DNA from: Chara braunii | Taxonomy: Eukaryota > Plantae > Charophyceae | Length of the DNA stretch: 64,000 bases | Direction of reading: 5' to 3' | NCBI GenBank assembly: GCA_003427395.1 | Contig: BFEA01000038.1 | Span: 3,812,869 to 3,876,868 of the forward strand | Shown: in pieces, positions 50,400 to 62,360 of the stretch | How positions within the stretch are numbered: the first letter of the stretch is position 1 | Layout: every line of letters begins with the position of its first letter | The notes under the pieces: model-generated | What the model was told of the DNA's origin: nothing | Seen by the model: the letters and a program-made list of their open reading frames with translations, nothing else | Databases searched by the model: none | Translations under genes and position numbers: made by a program

Positions 50400-53300
50400 A
50401 ATTCTTTGCTGGGTTTCATCGGTTTGGAACTGGGTCTGGTGGTTAGATAACCTTCACTCAGATGAAGTCATTATGCAAACAAGATAGCAAAGCATCCAGA
50501 AGGACCAAGTAAAAGAAGTCAAATAGCACATGGAAGCAATCAAGCAAAGCACACGAGTAGTCAAACGACACATGGATAATCTCGAAGCGCGACTGATGGC
50601 TTAAAAAAATTAACGATAAGAACACAACCATCAAACTCGAAACGAAAATGGGCATCGTGCCCGTAAACATGAAGCTCAAAATCGAGTACTGGCGTAGACC
50701 CAACTAGTTTCATCCGGTCGCCAAACCCGGACTCATCAGGGGCCAAGTCACAGCGGAGATGACTCCACAAATGCCGAGGGCGACTACTTATATCAAACGG
50801 GTCAACATGCAACAAGAAAGAGACAGTAGTGGACCAGTAGAGAAAGGACCCGGTACCATCAATCATGGCCCATCGGGCCCACCGTCAGACAAAATCCAAA
50901 CCCAGTACCAAAGTCCGGGCCACATGCCCACAACCTCCAAACGTCAGGCCCAAGTCGCGAGTTCGAAAACTAGCCATCTATCTAACTAAACTAGTGCCCG
51001 TACTCCAAACGTGCCGTGCAACCAGGCACCCAACCAGTGCCCCTTCTCAATGCATCCCCGCACAGGTACGCCCACTACGGAACTCATGGCCCCCCATCAT
51101 ACAATCCAATTCAGAGCAAATCCATCTTCGAAACAGAGTCTGCTCGAGAGCCCCACCCTGTGAGGCAAATCACCCACATATCCCACAACCCCCCGAACTT
51201 ACGCGAGAAATTCCGCAGGGCAAGATCGAACCATTCATCGGCAAACCCCTGAAGTTTAAGCTCCACTTTCAAAGATACCAGAAAATGGTCCTCAACTCCT
51301 CGAAGACCAGTCATCCTTTTGGCCCGATGAAGGAAAGATCCGATCACTGCCAGCTTCTGCTGTTTGCTGGCGAAAGAAGCTGCATCTTATAAATTTTGAA
51401 AACAAATCCTATCCGTCAACATCAATTCCTGATTTTTGTGGGTGGCTACACATTTCATCCCCATATGCCAATTGAAATTCCTCAATTTGCAGCCCAAAAA
51501 CTCCCAACAACCCGTCCTATCGGTACATTCCAAAGTCAACTTATCATCATAACAGTTCTCGAACTTGTTGAGAATCCCTTGAGCTTTGGATAATGGTGCG
51601 GTGTCTGTTTCCCTGAAACGGATGAAAACCAAGACGTCGTCAATCAATCGAACCCCATGAATCAGACTCCTACCCACCCCCAGAGATGAGAGGAAGGAAA
51701 ACTCAGAGAAAGCACAAAGCGAACATGCGAGGGCTGGGATCGATGGTTTACCCATGGGAATCCCAATCACCTGCTTCAAGATCCGGCCACACGCCCTAAC
51801 GAAGGTATGCATGAGATCGAACCTTACAAACTCCATAATAGCCTCAAACTTGAAAACACTCCAACCCTGCTGAGCCTTGCTTTTCATCATCCTCGCGGCC
51901 TTACCTCTCGTTCTCAGCAACACTCCACGGACTTCGTACAACATCCAAAAATCAATCAGCCATTCTAACGCCCTGATAATCGAAGCATGTGGAAGGTTAG
52001 GCCGCGGTAAGAAATTTCTCTCCTTTCTTCAAATCCATGTTCACCCTGTCCAAGCTCTCAACCAATTGACACATGCTTTTCAAATTGAAGTGTGTTCTGC
52101 GAGGCAATTCCCAGATCATCTGGTTAATGGCCTGAGACACCTTTTTGCAACCTCTCACTCCTCCCTCACTGAACGAAGGGCAGATGGGCCTCCAGCGCCG
52201 CACGTCCTTGTGCTTAGGTATGACGTACACTGAGCCCAATGTTCCATTCTTATCCCATCTCGCCACCTTATCTAACTCTTTTGATTTGTATGCGATGCCC
52301 ATCTCTGTGGTCAAATCCGGTTCTTCTTTGTCGACAAGCTTGAAACCATCATTCTCGAGAAACAGCTTATTCATACCTTCTCGATAAAGCAAGGGACAAC
52401 AAACCAGTGTGTCCCCAGGGTTATGGTCCAAGGGAACCCGCACAAGACCATCAAACTCGTCTCTCCATTTCAACACCTCGTTCACCGTACAGTCAACCTT
52501 GCCCACCCGGTTACTCACGTTAATACAGCCCTCCAAATCAGCGTGGGAAAATGCAGGAACCTCAAAATCCAAAGAAGACAAAGATACTAACAAATGTTGC
52601 CTAAGTCTACCAGACACAACAGGTGTCTGTGGGGCAGGAATATTCCTGTTATATTTTAACCATTGGGGAGCCCGCTCAATATCCTTCAACCTAAAGCAAA
52701 CATGACCTTCCTCGTTAGGGAACTCCTTCAAAAACGCTGCACAACTACAGGTGGCATCCTCATTCCTGGCATGCATGCGGAAGTTGAAAATCAAGTCACC
52801 CACATTCTTGTTGTTCAGCCATACAACCCGCATCCTTCTCACCACCATAGCTTTCCAATCACGATAAACTTCCGCCGCCGTGATCAACTTCGCACAAAGA
52901 GCCCTAATCCCGGGCTTACTCAACACCTTGTCAAAACTAACCCGCACAATTAAACGTTGACGCAGGCTCACTCCAAACGTTCGCTTCACTGCCCCAAACA
53001 CAATGCATCGCAGGGAAGATCTGGACCGTTTGTCGGTAAAGGTTCGAAATTCAAGTTGCCAAAAAACTACGGGCCATGTGCGCCAGGTCCCATGTAACCA
53101 ACTGACGCCGTGAAACAAAATTAGCCAAAAAGTCAACCAGCACAGGTTTTAGTGCGAGAAACTGCGAACAAAACGGCACAATCTGTGTGACAAAGAGGTG
53201 GTTACCAGATTGAAACCAGTCACGAGTCTTCTTAAGTACTTCCCAGTGCCCATCCAAACAAACAACAGAAGACCCAAATTTACGCTTAATCACCTTTCAC

Positions 53301-54000
53301 TGCTCGACAAAGCGATCCCCCCCCTGACAGACAATACCCACGGATGACCTTTTTAGCACCATGCATTCATCGAAAATTATTATCAAGCAGGGCGAAATTG
53401 CCCTAATAGTGGAGTGCAGACTCATATGCTTACTAATCACCATCTTACTCATCTCCTTACCACCCCAACGTTTTTTTCTACATCGTTCCCGTTTACCTGG
53501 CCTTTTCTTTTGGGTATTCTTTCGTCGTGCTCGAGAGTTTAAGAACGGACTAACAACTCTAATCATGTTATTCTCCAACGTCAGCACGCCATCAGCCTTA
53601 CAGCAAAACAGCAGAAGACACACATATTGACCAACACCGCGTCGTCTGAGCCAAGCATATAGCTTATGGTTACGGTCCTCTCCATCGGCAACTTTCAGAC
53701 AATTCGATCGATAAACATGCTCGTTCCAACGTACCTGCAGTGATCTAGTGGTAGAGCCTACGTACGTGTCTCGTGACCAGGGAGACACCAAAACATACAC
53801 CAAAGGTCCATTGCCGATTTCCAAATCAAAACCCCCATCGGAAATATCTTGCAGATCCTTCCTAAAGTTCTCCGCCCACGGGATCATACCCACCAAGATC
53901 AGTCGCAGAACAATCAGTCGAAAAAAAACATTGAATTCCTTATCAAGTTATTAAGAATGAACAACTCATGCGCACGCATTTCTTCATCAACAAGGCAATA
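50400..54000 (-). mobile_element. Penelope-like retroelement with an N-terminal GIY-YIG domain (Chlamys/Naiad architecture), decayed
   Basis: GIY-YIG: VYVLVSPWSRDTYVGSTTRSLQVRWNEH...LENNMI...PFLN (53896-53297). Linker CSC...GHVC. PLE-type RT: YVIPKHKDVRRWRPI, KQVIGIPMG, RLIDD, EFLG (53136-51387). ORF ends near 51111. Hammerhead in the 3' region. Outer boundaries are approximate. Confidence 0.9.
50697..50744 (-). ncRNA. Minimal type I hammerhead ribozyme
   Basis: Minus strand GGCCC-CTGATGA-GTCCGG-gtttggcga-CCGGAT-GAAA-CTAG-TT-GGGTC: stem I GGCCC/GGGTC, 6-bp stem II, palindromic CTAG stem III, GUU cleavage triplet. Confidence 0.85.
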
Positions 54001-55621
54001 AGTAGATATCGGGAGGGAAGACGACACCACAGTAGGAGAAAGAGAAGAGGATTGCAACACACACGCGCGTCGTGAGAACGCTACTTCGCGCCTGAGTTAC
54101 CGCAATGGGCTTGCGGGGCACAAGGCGCGGTTGATTAGATATGGTCCATATGGACTAATCTGCAACACCTGTAAAATCCACGTGGTCTATCGCGATGTGG
54201 CGTGGAGGGAGAGCATTCATTGGAGTCGGTGGGAGAGCGGAGCAGCATCATCAGCAGCGAGAGAAATGCGCGGAGCAGTACGCTCGAAGGAGGCCAAGTA
54301 GGGGAATAGTAACAGGAACAACATGTTTACATGAGAAATGAGCAGAGAAACCATGCCACTAGGGGTGATCTCTCTTCGGTGGGGGGAACAAAGGAGTGGG
54401 TGGGTTATTGAGAAACACTCAACGAAGGTAAGGAAGAGGTTCGGGATCATCCACAAGCGACGAGAGGTCCGGGATCATCCACAGGCGAAGACGAATGAAG
54501 ATCGACGAGGTCGGGAGGGACGAACGTCGAACGAGGATCGACGAGGTTGGGAGGGTGCTAGAGGGGAGGCGAGAACAGTCGTGGAATGAGGAAGTACGCT
54601 TGTCTAAAGTGAAGGAGAGAATCAGATACATCCATAACGTAGTGTATCGGGAGGGAGGAGCTAAGGGACATACGTGGTAATTCGCGGATCGTCATCAGGG
54701 AGGATTGCTGAGGATAAGGGGGGCAAGGGAGAGGATCGGATACACCAACAGTATCGTGGATCGGTAGGCAAGATCGGCGGGAGTATTGTCATCAAGAGCA
54801 ACGATCAGGGTAACACCGTTGTTGCTCAGGTGGAGGTGTGGCCGACATCGACGAAGAGCAAGGACCACCGAGGCAAGGGAAAAGTTTGAAGCCATCAATA
54901 GGGCCGTCGATCGGGAGGGAGGAGGGGGGACGAGGGTAGTGGTGATGAAGAGAGAGCACTCACAGACAGCAGGAGAGATCGGGTACATCATTACTGTCCT
55001 AGATCGGTGGCTGGACGAAGGTATACGAGGGCCGTGCAGATCGTTTTCAAGAACAAGGAAAAGGTAACATCGTCATGACGCTCCGCCACGCACCAGTGAG
55101 AGAGTACGCTTACCGCGGGTAAAGGGGGAGGTTCGGGAGCATTATCAACCGAAGGGGGTTTGGGAGGGAGGAACAACGGCGAGGGAGGGGCGAGGGGCAT
55201 TCGAGGTCCGCGGATTGTCTTCAGGGGAAGAGAGAAATGATAAGTAGACAGGAGGGGGCCTCGACAGGGGAGCAAAACGTGATGGTACAACGGAAAGGGG
55301 GATGAAAATCACGTGGCCATGACACGAAGGGAGCAAGTGACGGGGTGAACAAGGGAAAGGATACAGAGGGCAAGACACAATAGTTTGACAACAGATTTGG
55401 AGGAGGAGAGTTAGGTGGAGTAAGGGGGGAAGGTGTCACAAAGCATGGAAAGGGCGAAAAGCGGTGGACATCAGAGCTAAGGAAAAGAACACCAGAAACA
55501 GAGACAAGTGTGAGGAGCGGATCGGGAGGGCACAAGTCTTTCGTTGCTTCTCTTTTCCCTCCATCGCCGCAACTCACCCCCCCTGCCCTCTTGGCTCGAT
55601 GACCCCCCCTTGGCCATCTGC

Positions 55622-55623
<2 letters not shown>

Positions 55624-55655
<32 letters not shown>

Positions 55656-55685
55656 NNNNAAAAAAAAAAAAAAAAAAAAAAAAAN

Positions 55686-55750
<65 letters not shown>
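55624..55750. repeat. Long poly(A) tract with ambiguous bases
   Basis: Directly visible. Confidence 0.95.
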
Positions 55751-55753
<3 letters not shown>

Positions 55754-55972
55754 CATAGATTAAAAGTCAAAAATGGATTGGGAAAGAAAGGAAAGTTAAA
55801 ACAATCTCACATGTTCAGGGAGAAGAAAAAACCTAGATACTGAGCAACTACAGAAAGGCAATAGGTTTTCATCAACGTCAATCACACGAGGGAGAGAAGG
55901 AAAAAACCCTACTCCTGTATAACTAAGGAAGTTTTATTTTATTTTATTTATTTATTTATTTATTTATTTTTT

Positions 55973-58900
55973 GCGTCAGCTCCTGCACGGGCCAGGAGCA
56001 GTGATCAGACATGGCCAAACCGCCAAAAAACCAGAAGAGTCATAAAAGGGCCGAACCAATGCTTCTCTTTAGAGGTGCCATGAGGCAGGAAGCCCTGAAG
56101 CTGCTGGCCACTCCCCCCGTGAAGCATCGCTGTAGTAAGGAGTCGTGGCTGGGGAAGCAGAGAGCAAACAAGGAAAACGAGACAATGTCTACGGCTGAGA
56201 AGGAAGACTTCCCCCCACTACAACTTGGAAAAGAAAAAGAGAGCAGGGGTAAGACACAAGAGGGACATTCAGATGAGAATAAGTGCAAGGCGGAAGGGGT
56301 GGGCATCCAAGAGGGGCTGCACTCAGACGATCCCTCATCTTCTAGTGGTCCGGGGTCGCAACTCTCATGGGCAGCGAAACTGAAAGGGCCCTATCAAGGC
56401 AAAACCCTGCAAGTTCAAAGGAAGGACCCCCAAGCCAACATCCTCTCCCTCTCGCTTTCTAACCTCTCTACTGCACGGACTTTCTTCCTTTCGCAGCTCC
56501 TGACACCCTCAGGACAGAGAGTTGTGGAGAGAGGCGGTAAGAAGATGCAGATAATATCCTATCCCTTGCATAAGATGACAGTGAGAGACACCATATACCA
56601 GAAGCATGCTAACAATTGGGTCTTCCACAATGATGCCGCTTACAAATCCACTAACGACAAAATCAAGTGGATAGGCAAACGGCTTGCTTCCATGAAAGGC
56701 TGTTCAGATGCAGCACAAGATGATTTTTTTATTCAGCCGGTCTCATCCACTGTCTTCACAATCCTGTGCCTCCATGAAACAGACAAACAAACCATTGACA
56801 GCTGGAGAAAGCTCAGATGTGATAGATCAGAGGTCCGTATCTACCCCTGGGCCCCCAAGAAGCAAGGCCCGGAAGAGAGATGGACCCAAATGATGGAGGT
56901 GCACTATTGGGTAGAATTCAGGCACATCCCCATAGAGATCCAGGCAGCATTCATCCACGATATCGGAGAGCAATTCGACATTGTGGACTTCATCGACCCC
57001 CTTTCGTCATATGTAGCCAGAAGAGATGACTATCTGATGCTGGCTCTTGACTTCCCCCCATCCCAACCGTTCAAAATAGATGACATTATTCTTTACAGGG
57101 TGGGGTGTAAAGAGTACAAAATGCACACAGCCCACAAGCACAGACCCTGGTGCTTTCGCTGCAAGGCGTACAGACATCTATGCTCTGATATGGACTGCCC
57201 CAACAACCAGGGCAAACAAAATAGAGTCACAGGCCGGCTCCTTCGTGATCCATTCCGAGGAAATCTGTGGAGGACGGTGGACCCGGGTCATGAAGGCTGG
57301 GTCTATGAGGAAAGTAAAGGAAAGGAAGGAAAACTGAGGGGGTGGAAATGGGAAAAGGTCGGGGAGCCAAATTGGGCAACCAGGCCCCCGGATACATGGA
57401 CACCGCCAGAAGTGGACGGGCCCAAAATAGGCCAATGGGTAGTTGTAAGGCAAGAAGAGCAACACCAGCAGCCCCAACAGCAACAACAAGGTGCAGCGCA
57501 ACAGGGACAGAAGTCGCAGCTGCTGCAGCACCAACAGCACCAACACCACCACCTCAGTCCAGGCAGGGGGGATCACATAGAGATAGATCAACAGGGCCAT
57601 TAGTTGCACCTACAAGGAGAAGCCACAAGGAAAGTAAACGAAACGACGGGCGGGCAGGTGCAAATCCACCAAGAATGGAGAGCCAAAACTACCCAGGAGC
57701 AGCAGGTCCGTACAGATCCCCCCCCCCTCCCCGGCTCATCACCGCTGATTACTTGCAGGAAGGTGGAAGGAGGCGGACAAAAGGGGAGGTGGAGGGGGGG
57801 AGAGAAGAAGAGAGGTTACAGGCTGAAGTGGGGGAGAAGGGGGACAAATGAAAGGGGCTTCTAATTGAAGCATCCGACAACGAGAACCTCCATCAAGCAC
57901 CCGACAACGAGACACATCAGCTACCTCAGACGGGGGGTGTGGGCGAGGAGGCCAGTTGGGGGGAGCGGGAGACTGGGGTCAACCCCTTTCGAGATGCCTT
58001 TGGCCCGGCCCCCATGGACGTTGAGCTAACACCTCCTCCTTCCACGCCCCCCCCTGACATAATAATGGAGGAGGATGTGCAGGAGCCCGCCGCCAAGGAA
58101 ACCCCACAGGAGTAAATCCCAGTGGAGCAGAAGTTGATTCAACTGGCGGACTGGCTCCTTAGCAGCCTGAAAGACAGATACAGTCCGGCTACGGATGAGT
58201 TCTGGGACGCCACGTACCTGAAAAATTTTCCTGTTTTAGATGGAAGTCCTAGCCTCAAGAGGGCGATGATGGAAGGCCTCCCCCTGGGGCTGTCATGGCC
58301 CGAGGTAGGTGCCCGCGTGATGCACACTGTGGCGGATTTACTGTCGCCTCCGCCCCTAACCAAAGAAACGGGTGAGATGACAAGGAACCAGGGGGATGAA
58401 GGGAAGAACGTTAGCCACCTAAAACAGGTTGCTGGCCCACAACAAGGGTATGATATCTAGGGACCAATAGGTACAAGTACCAACGTTATTAAGGAACAGA
58501 ATAGTCCGCAAATATCAAGGAGAACCCCGACCGAGAGTCCTGCAGCCGTAACTGGCCCCCTTTCGGAAAATGAGCCAGCAAAAAGGAGCCGACTGAGACA
58601 ATGGTTAGAACAGGGAGGGGGGGCAGGGAAAATGAACGCAACAGGAGTCCCTCTAATCCCGGTGAGGAAGAAGGAAGGCCAATGGGAGGTGGGCCTTTGT
58701 CCATCGGAAAAAGGGAAACAGGGAGGTGGAACACTGAAATTGTGGTCGTCCTTTCAAGACTATGACACGGTGGGGGAGCAGGTGTTCCAATTGGACCTGG
58801 GCAGATTCGTGGAGTCACAGTAGGATTCTGGGCCGGAGGCTAAGTGGGTGGCAAGAGAAGGTTCAGCACATATGGCGCAAATAGTAGCCTTTGCCCGGTT

Positions 58901-61900
58901 CAGCGAACGCAAGGACGTCGGCCTGATCTGGCTCTTCCACAAGAAGCTCCTGGAAGTACATCAGACGAGAATTAGGGTCAGCACCTGTTGGAGTGCCCAA
59001 GAGGTGCTCCACTGCTTATGTTCACTCCTTAGGCACAACACCTTACAGGATCCCTCTACCCTTGACAAGGCAAGTTGGGATAAATTTGACTAATCATGAA
59101 TAGATCCGGGGAGAGAGAGCAGGATCAGCGGATACGGTACTGGCAACCAATCCAGGGGAAGGACGAGCTGCAAGTCCTTTACGGGAAAGACAAAGTCTGG
59201 ATCAGAGGGACTCAGGTGGCAGATTTGGACTTGCGCTCTCTTAACGTGAACGGGTTGGCCTCGACAAACCCCCAGAAACGCATGGCAATATTGGAATAAA
59301 TTAGGGGGGTGGGTGGGAGACATTGGCCTGACCTCATCTGCATTCAAGAAACCCACCTCACAGATTCCCCGGAACACGTTAGAGCACACAACCTAACCTG
59401 GCCTTACCAAAAACTTACGGCTCATGCACCGAGGCCGGGGTCAGCAGGGGTGGCAATCTGGATCCCCCCCGACTCGCGGGCGAACGTCATCTATTCCACT
59501 GTACACACGAGAAAAGGGAGATGGGTAGCTGTCCTCCTTATGCTCGAAGTTGAAGTGGTTTGTGTGGCCAGCATCTACGGCCCAAATGAAGTAGAACAAC
59601 GCAAAATCTTCTTTAAACATATACGGTCTCAGTTGCCACAAGGCATACCGGCAATTATTGCGGGGGACTTCAATGCGGCTCCGGATCGCAGCCTAGACAG
59701 GTGGAGGGTCCCCTCCCCGTGTCCAACCTACATAGGGGAAGATGAAGGAATCATTCGCAAACTCTGCGAAGAAGAGCATCTTTACGATTCTTTCAGGCGC
59801 CTACACCCACGTAAGAGAATTTTCTCTTGCATACGTAACAACGACATGCCAACTCAGTCCAGATCAAGAATAGATTTTATCCTCATGGCGGAGGACCTGG
59901 ACAGGGCGCTCCAGGCGGCAACTATCTTCCCTCTGAGCCCATGGCCGGGGGCGGACCACAAGATGTGTGCGGTACTACTCAAATTTCGCAAGAAACCAGA
60001 TAAGGGCCCAGACTTCTACAAACTTAATACTTCTCTCCTTAAAATGCACCCTTTCCGCACATTTCTACGTGACGTATGAGATTACAGGTGATCCACAAGG
60101 AACCAACACGTTTCATACATTACGTGGTTTAACAACAGGCTGGCCTTCATGGCCAGGAAATGCAACAAATTTTTGAAAACACGTGCCAGAGAAAAATTCT
60201 CTTAGGAGATTAGTATTCCGGAGAAAATTTGCAAACTTGAATAAGAAAGCATTACGCCGCTACACTCTCAATCTCACAAGGAACTAGCAGAGATACAAAG
60301 GCTTAAAAACCAGCTCTTGGAGTTCACCCAACACAAATGGCTGGGCTCCATCATCAGAGGTTAACTAACCCGACACTCCATAGAAGGTCAAATGGACGCT
60401 TCCTTTTTCGCACTCGCCCAAACTCGAGCTCGAAGATCCACCATAGAAGGTTATATGACCCACTTAAAACACAAGAGGTCACCTCATACTCCTCAGCCCA
60501 TAGCTTGAAAGTGGCAAGGAACTTCTATAAAGAACTCTTCTCTTCAACTTTCACCGGAAACTCAAAGTCAATCAGAAAACACAATATTGAGGACTTCCTA
60601 ACGCCCCTTTCCCAAAGAATTTTGAATGAACAAAGGGAGTCCCTGAAAAAACCTCTACAGAAAGAGAAAATTTGGAACGCCCTCCTGCAGATGGAGAAAG
60701 ACAAAAACCCAGGGTTGTATGGGCTCCCCAAAGAATTCTGGGAGGAAATGTGGTCCCCCATGTCAGAAGAATTAATAAAATTTTATGGTCAGGTAAAGGC
60801 CTCAAGAAACATGGAGGACCTAGCAGGTCAAGGTATCCTCACTTTACTATACAAAAAAAGAGATAAAATGAACATAAAGAACTATAGACCAATCACCCTC
60901 CTCACAGTGGTATACAAGTTGTTGTCCAAGGCAATGGCCTATAGGATGATCTCGGTCCTGGAGGAGATAATTCACCCCGTACAAACGGGGTTTATGCGTA
61001 ACAAGAATATACAAGATAACGTGTTATTGACCAATGAACTGATCAAGTTATCGAGGCAATCGCACCAAAACACGGCCATAATGTTCATTGATTTTGAAAA
61101 AGCCTACGACCACGTAGACTGTATTTTCCAGGATAATTGCTTGCAGAAAATGAATTTCGGCTCGGAATTCAGGGACTGGATTATGATACTCCACCAAAAT
61201 GCGACTACACGAGTACAAGTGAATGGGTTTCTGGCGCCAGAAATTAAACTTCAGCGCTCGGTGCGGCAGGGTGACCCGATAACCCCCTTCCTCTTTCTTG
61301 TGGTGATGGAAGCACTGGCAACAAACCTGAGAGCCAACAAGAAGATCTCTAGGCTATGACTATTAGGCATTCCGGAGGAAGCCATACCGGTATACTCGAT
61401 GTTCGCAGACGACCTTATAATAGTAGTCGAGGCCACCCAAAATAACATGGACGAAATCCAAACCCTGATGGAAAGGTTCACACTAGTGTCGGACATGTCT
61501 GTAAACTGGGGGAGCAAAACGCAAGGCTGGTGGATTCACTTCCATGGAGTCCGCCCCCCGGAGCAACCCAAAGTAGACTTGAGGCCTCTGGAAGAACAAA
61601 TCAGAGTCTTGGGGGTGGCTCTATCAGCCTATGGACCACCAGCAGGAAATGACGAATGGATTACTAAGCCAGCGCTAGAAAAAATGCAGAAATGGAGAAA
61701 CAAAAGCACATCCATTTTTGGGAGGGTTTTAGTTATCAACAATGTAGTGTTGGCATCCACCTGGTACAAAGCGGCCCTCTGGCACCTGGGAAAGGGCAAC
61801 ATCAATAGCCTGAAGAGGCCACTGGTTGCATTTCTCTGTTGTGAGGGAACCACGAGCAACAAAGCGTGATCAGCAGTGTGGCATGGGACAAGCTTATTCA

Positions 61901-62085
61901 ACCTAAAACCAGAGGAGGTCTCAGACTGTTGGATCCTTCCCTACAAGCCGCCGCTTTATGAATCCAATGGATCAAAAGACTGATTGGAGGAATTAACATC
62001 TCATGGCATGAGCTGGCATTGGAACAAATCCGCAGACTGGCTCCCATAACTATTGACACAGTAAACCCTCTCACATGGTTAGACG
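55973..62085 (+). mobile_element. L1/Tx1-clade LINE with an apparently intact 5' end, 3' truncated, decayed
   Basis: ORF1 from 56011. EN: SLNVNGL...ICIQETH...SIYGPN...AGDFNA...SRIDFI...ADHKM (59235-60079). RT: NYRPITLL, IDFEKAYDH, SVRQGDP, MFADD (60337-61869). PKTRGGL near 61900. Homology stops near 62085. Confidence 0.93.
56011..57603 (+). CDS. LINE ORF1 protein, N-terminal 530 aa (RRM-like region, zinc knuckle, Gln-rich tract); continues past premature stops to ~59093
   Basis: VRIYPW...YWVEFRHIP as in Tx1/plant L1 ORF1; knuckle-like CFRCKAYRHLCSDMDC; lies upstream of EN-RT. Confidence 0.8.
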   Translation: MAKPPKNQKSHKRAEPMLLFRGAMRQEALKLLATPPVKHRCSKESWLGKQRANKENETMSTAEKEDFPPLQLGKEKESRGKTQEGHSDENKCKAEGVGIQEGLHSDDPSSSSGPGSQLSWAAKLKGPYQGKTLQVQRKDPQANILSLSLSNLSTARTFFLSQLLTPSGQRVVERGGKKMQIISYPLHKMTVRDTIYQKHANNWVFHNDAAYKSTNDKIKWIGKRLASMKGCSDAAQDDFFIQPVSSTVFTILCLHETDKQTIDSWRKLRCDRSEVRIYPWAPKKQGPEERWTQMMEVHYWVEFRHIPIEIQAAFIHDIGEQFDIVDFIDPLSSYVARRDDYLMLALDFPPSQPFKIDDIILYRVGCKEYKMHTAHKHRPWCFRCKAYRHLCSDMDCPNNQGKQNRVTGRLLRDPFRGNLWRTVDPGHEGWVYEESKGKEGKLRGWKWEKVGEPNWATRPPDTWTPPEVDGPKIGQWVVVRQEEQHQQPQQQQQGAAQQGQKSQLLQHQQHQHHHLSPGRGDHIEIDQQGH

Positions 62086-62360
62086 ACCTATATTGGGTCA
62101 GTCTCTGTTACCTCTGTTACCACAACCGTGGAGCCTGCATCCCCTATGTGCAATTCGGTCTGATGTTCGATCTTAGTTTAGAGGGGAAGAAGCCTCTTCA
62201 CCCTGAACCCGGTCCACCTTCAGAGACAGACTTTGCGTACTTATGTCTGACTATTACCTTCCTCTACATGCCAATGAAACCTGCATTCTTTGCAGTGACT
62301 ATTGCCTATATAATCAGCTAAGTGCAGATGCCCAACAGACCGACCCTCTTGTTGTTCCCC

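Noticed and set aside
53297-53299. In-frame TGA as possible selenocysteine, as reported for some Naiad elements
   Set aside because: The copy is frameshifted and has other stops; the TGA more likely derives from TGG, and no SECIS was recognised.
54670-54705. Second hammerhead core (CTGATGA on the minus strand)
   Set aside because: No GAAA, stem II or stem I pairing.
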